A DNA stretch of 62,807 nucleotides, filler included, from Sanchytrium tribonematis (Eukaryota), in NCBI GenBank assembly GCA_018985235.1. It is 14 parts of 14 records of this genome, joined end to end, with 100 filler letters (N's around TTAATTAATTAA, not from the genome) between each part and the next. Parts side by side here need not be neighbours in the genome. Positions count along the whole stretch, not along the records: positions 58,670 to 60,690 come from JADGIG010001143.1; positions 60,791 to 62,807 come from JADGIG010001144.1; 12 more parts are not named here. One strand, written 5' to 3'. Below the pieces are notes generated by a model, which saw only the letters and a program-made list of their open reading frames with translations, did not search any database and was not told where the DNA came from. A program made the translations under genes and the position numbers. This document shows positions 58,670-62,807 of this stretch, piece after piece; position 1 is the first letter of the stretch; every line of letters begins with the position of its first letter.

Positions 58670-59134
58670 GCAAAATGCAAAGAAATTGAAGGAGCGTGTT
58701 GTTCTAAATCATTGGGTATTTGTGGGGACACGTATGATATCTGTAGAACAGATGCAAATGGATGTGATCCCAAATTTGGAGCCTGTAGAGGTGAATTATA
58801 TGGCAGATGTGGCCCACAATTCAACAAAACATGTCCATATCCAATGCATTATGAAAAATGTTGTTCAGCAGATGGATATTGTGGATTTGATGCACAACAT
58901 TGTGGCACTGGATGTCAAACTAAGTTTGGAATTTGTGGTCTGAATGTGTTAAATTATAAAGTTGAATATGTGAAAATGGGAGAAGCCTGTGGACCCACAA
59001 ATAATGGGGATGGACCAGATAAAATTTGTAAAATGGATGGCGTAGATATCTGCTGTGGAACGAATGGAATTTGTGGGGATCCTTCTTTAGGCTGCGCGAG
59101 TCCGTGTGTTAATGGATATGGTCGATGTTTCTGA
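58670..59134 (+). CDS. Hevein/CBM18 chitin-binding repeat protein, 5'-truncated
   Basis: CGP..CCS.DGYCG..HCGTGCQTKFGIC repeats. Confidence 0.88.
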   Translation, partial: AKCKEIEGACCSKSLGICGDTYDICRTDANGCDPKFGACRGELYGRCGPQFNKTCPYPMHYEKCCSADGYCGFDAQHCGTGCQTKFGICGLNVLNYKVEYVKMGEACGPTNNGDGPDKICKMDGVDICCGTNGICGDPSLGCASPCVNGYGRCF

Positions 59135-59166
59135 TTTAATAAATCAACAAATTCTACATTATTTAT

Positions 59167-60066
59167 TTAATTTGATTCACTACTATTTTGTCTATATGAT
59201 CTCATTTCATCTAAATAATCATCATAATTATGAATTTGAATGATAAAATCACTTAATAAATACTTTAAAATGGAAATTTGCATACATTTATCAAAATAAT
59301 AATCAAACATTTCATCGTGACAATATACGTGTAAATCATGCTTGATGGCATATAATTGCTTTAAAGGTTGTTTATAATTGGAAATAGTGATGAAATCATC
59401 TATTTTTAATACAGATTTGCATTTTGCATTTAAAATTAATTCAATGGCAAAAATGACATCATTTGGAGTGGCTAAGAATTCTAATGGACCTTGATCAATA
59501 TCAAATGCCAATTGGAGTTGTAAATGGGTGGTTTTGGGGAATTTACATGGGATTAATTGGATGGATTCATGGGTTAAATAATCAAATTGCAAATCGATTA
59601 AATTTGAAATAGTTGGCAAATGGATGAATTTGTCAATTGGGACTCTATAATCTTTGAAATGGATAGATTGGATGTAATTGAATAGACGAATACCCTCTAA
59701 ATTAGATTCTTTAAAGCATGTAATGGTTAATTGGGTGATTTTAGGAGCATGATTTGCAATTAATGGAAAATCGGATGATGCTTGCAAAATAGTGGCATTT
59801 GGGAAGAATGGAAATGATTTTAATTCATAATCACCAATAATAGTGATTTCTTTGACCATTTCACGATAGGGATACATTGGATCGTTGATAAAATAGCCAT
59901 TAAATCGACGATGTGTTTTGAAGAAATTAAAACATTTGAATTTGGTGAATGCTCTATTGAAATAATATTCAAAGCATGATTTGTTGACGATGTAGTAGTT
60001 GAAATCAAATGGCAAGTGGCTGAATATCTCCAACAACACTTCATTCGGGAAAATTTGTTGTGTCAT
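59167..60066 (-). CDS. F-box protein
   Basis: N-terminal FPNEVLLEIFSHL. Confidence 0.75.
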   Translation of the reverse strand: MTQQIFPNEVLLEIFSHLPFDFNYYIVNKSCFEYYFNRAFTKFKCFNFFKTHRRFNGYFINDPMYPYREMVKEITIIGDYELKSFPFFPNATILQASSDFPLIANHAPKITQLTITCFKESNLEGIRLFNYIQSIHFKDYRVPIDKFIHLPTISNLIDLQFDYLTHESIQLIPCKFPKTTHLQLQLAFDIDQGPLEFLATPNDVIFAIELILNAKCKSVLKIDDFITISNYKQPLKQLYAIKHDLHVYCHDEMFDYYFDKCMQISILKYLLSDFIIQIHNYDDYLDEMRSYRQNSSESN

Positions 60067-60160
60067 TTTTCAAGGGGCAATCACAAAACATTACAAACAT
60101 CACAATATTGTGATTGTGCGATTTGAACACAACAGTCGCAATACATTATTCAACCATAAT

Positions 60161-60690
60161 TTATTCTTCTTCACTCTCCAGTGTATATTTATGAATATCC
60201 AAATTCGATAAAATTGGTTTCAAACACGGAATTGTCATTAAATGGCCATAAAACTCATAATCCATCTCATTTCTGGCTATTAAATGGATTCCACATTGTC
60301 TAGTCTCTATCATATTCATCTCTAATTCACTATAATCACTATTTTGAATAGTAATATGCTCATTTATATAAATATAAACATCTCTGCCCACAGATTGGAT
60401 TAATTGAATAGCCGTATCTATATCTGAATGATTGACACATTCAATCGTGAATACAAATGATAATCGACTGAATTTAGGGAATTTAATAGGAATTAATAAA
60501 ATCACTTGAGAGTGAATATTGTAAAATGTTAAATCAACTTCATTTTTAATCAATGGGATGGATTTGAATTGTTTAATGGATATATTTTCACACGGACAAC
60601 TCTCTGAAAAGTGAATTTCATTTAAATGATGGAATTTATTTAATCCGTTGAAATTGATTGTTTTGTATTGATCGATTTCAAGGGATTGAA
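60161..60690 (-). CDS. C-terminal fragment of a hypothetical protein, possibly an F-box paralogue
   Basis: LIPIKFPKFSRL resembles LIPCKFPKTTHL of the neighbouring gene. Confidence 0.45.
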
Positions 60691-61088
60691 NNNNNNNNNN
60701 NNNNNNNNNNNNNNNNNNNNNNNNNNNNNNNNNNTTAATTAATTAANNNNNNNNNNNNNNNNNNNNNNNNNNNNNNNNNNNNNNNNNNNNGAAACCTTTG
60801 TGTTTTTCTTTGGCTCTTTTGCTTTAAGCTCGTAAATGCTATCATTAGTAAAAAACTCCGTGTCATCCTTCAATGATTGCTGCGGGACTTTGCGGATAGT
60901 TTCCACTTGGCTAAATCTTTTATCTTTTTTAGTAACCTTTCTTAGCAGATGTTTAATTCGACTTTCTTTTTCTTCTGGATTAACGTGTTTAATAGAATGG
61001 TGAGTTGGTCTTTTATGCCCGATATGCATTGTGTTCTGAATTGCGAATACGCGTAGCCTTTTATGTAAAAAAATTAGAGACACATGTG

Positions 61089-61164
61089 ACGCTAATTTTA
61101 CACACTTTAAATTTTCGAATGTACGCTAGTTTTACACAGTTAAATTTTTCGAATGCACGCCAGT
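61089..61164 (+). repeat. 34-bp tandem repeat (~2.2 copies)
   Basis: ACGCTA(A/G)TTTTACACA..TAAATTTT(T)CGAATG at 61089 and 61123, with a partial copy at 61157. Confidence 0.8.
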
Positions 61165-61741
61165 CATAACCAAAAATTAAATTGGCTCTGGGTTTTAGTC
61201 ATGAAAAGCAATCGGAATTGTACCTTACACTTTCAACTAATCATCGAACCAGAGCTGATACAATTATGCAAGATTAATTCACTTTGAAATATTAAAATTT
61301 GTCAATTCCGTGTTAAGTGTTTATTGGTAGACGGAATTCGTAGGAGTTTTGTCGGGAGTCGTTTCCAAACATGGAGATTGACGATTTGGACAGAGAAGTT
61401 GCTGCCATTCGTGCAAATGCCATTAGTAAATCAACCTTTGACTCTTATATTCGATATTCCGCGAAATACATCAGAGCACCCGAAAAATGCATCGAATATC
61501 AATATATTGCAATAAATACATTCTAATAATCTATTGTATGATTTAATGTACATCAATAATTTATTGCCTTTTAGTAAAATTAAAATATATCTTAAGAATA
61601 TTCAAGTTAATTACAAGTCATTATTACAAATAAAATTGCAATGAATGACTAGTATGGCACAATAATAGATGTTAAGAATAATCTAGAAATATTGCATTTG
61701 GAATAAAAGTAGTACAAATGCGAATAAATAAATTGATTTAA

Positions 61742-62572
61742 ATGACCAATATGAAAAAGACCTTCAATCCACAGCAAATTGCAACTTTTTACTTTCAAAA
61801 AGTTGAAGTAATTAAAGGCATTGCTAAAAAAGGCAAAAACAAAGGATCTGAAGTAGAGGTTGCTGCTTTATGGAAATGTGAATGTGGCACACAAAGAAAA
61901 AAAAGTAAGGGAACAGGCTGGACAAACTTAGAGGATCATGTACTGAAGCTGCATCCAGATTGGGAAAACGAAATGAGAATGATTGTAGATGAGGATGTAA
62001 AATTAGAAAAATTGGATCTTTTTTATGTTGATTCAAAGTCAGTTAACATTTATGGATGGTTAAGATGGACTATCAAAAACAATTATCCGTTTTCCTTTTG
62101 TGAAAATGTAGAAACGCGACTGTATTGCAACTTACAACCTATCTGTACTGAAACTTTTATGAAATACATGAATAGATTAAGCATTTATGTAGAGCAGAAT
62201 GTAATTAAAGGGATACTGCCCAACAGATTCGGTATAGTATTTGATGGTTGGACAAATACGTCACAACATTATGTGGCTATATTTGCTGTTTTCAGAACTA
62301 GAGAGAGAGTGGGGCCAATGGAAAAGATCCTACTAGCAATTGCACCTTTGTTGAATGAGGAGGATTATTCTGCGACTTCACATTGTGAATACTTAGAGTA
62401 CGTACTTGATTTATATGGCAAAAGTGTTAAAAATATCGATTTTATGACCTGTGACAATTGCTCCGTCAATACATATATTTCTGGATTGTCCACAATACCA
62501 ATAATTGGATATTTAATACATCCAATGGACAATTTCCAATTTGCCAGATTTAATAACATCGGATTTATTTGA
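61742..62572 (+). mobile_element. hAT-like DDE transposase, C-terminally truncated
   Basis: BED-like CxC..GTGWTNL..H...HP, then FDGWT and DNCSVN. Homology stops at IPIIG, before the expected CxxH. Confidence 0.75.
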
Positions 62573-62807
62573 CGAATTTGTCATCTTTAATTCTGATATA
62601 AATTCAATTTCGAGTCTTCAAATGGAATTAGATACTGCAAATGATGAAGATAAACCAGTATTAGAAAGAGATTTGGAAAATTTGCAAAAAATTTATCCAA
62701 AAGGCAGTTACAATTTTTAAATAATTGGATTAGAAATAATCCTTCGCCTCCTCTTCATTTCCAATTGCTTGAAGCCAGACACTTTTTTAAATGGCTGGTT
62801 ACACTGC

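Noticed and set aside
18535..60790. Recurrent TTAATTAATTAA within N-runs at ~2.1-kb spacing, resembling a regular repeat array
   Set aside because: It is an artificial 100-nt linker with stops in all six frames. The short contig lengths fall steadily (2061 to 2017 nt), so order and adjacency across linkers have no biological meaning.
52090..61164. Short direct repeats as a CRISPR array
   Set aside because: There are only 2-3 copies, no proper unique spacers, no cas genes, and the context is eukaryotic.

Overview
This window is AT-rich, very gene-dense eukaryotic DNA that uses the standard genetic code. It most resembles a compact early-diverging fungal genome. Chitin-binding CBM18 repeats, a NodB/chitin-deacetylase-like protein and many secreted or anchored LRR proteins support this; a sanchytrid-like parasite is a guess only. 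The window is not a real locus: it is 14 contigs (two of ~18.5 kb, twelve of ~2 kb) joined by 100-nt N-TTAATTAATTAA-N linkers. It holds housekeeping genes (KRR1, HUB1/UBL5, HGD, glutamate 5-kinase, TSR2, UMP-CMP kinase, SEC2, MEX67, GAA1, GLTP, dymeclin, EFM5, frataxin, a USP), a large surface/secreted repertoire, a partial tRNA-Ala, a Ty3/Gypsy pol fragment and a truncated hAT-like transposase. The main discovery is that nine reading-frame breaks are each resolved exactly by an ultra-short GT-AG intron, eight of 19 nt and one of 20 nt, with an invariant T at -8 and a putative branch A at -6. This points to a fixed-length micro-intron splicing system. In several surface genes the intron separates the ectodomain from the GPI/TM anchor exon. 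Other signals are a microsporidia-like CCC/GGG motif before start codons, head-to-head genes only 11-25 nt apart, LRR paralogues with constant ends and variable middles, a tandem array of diverged secreted proteins with conserved promoters, and an MLKL-like pseudokinase locus.
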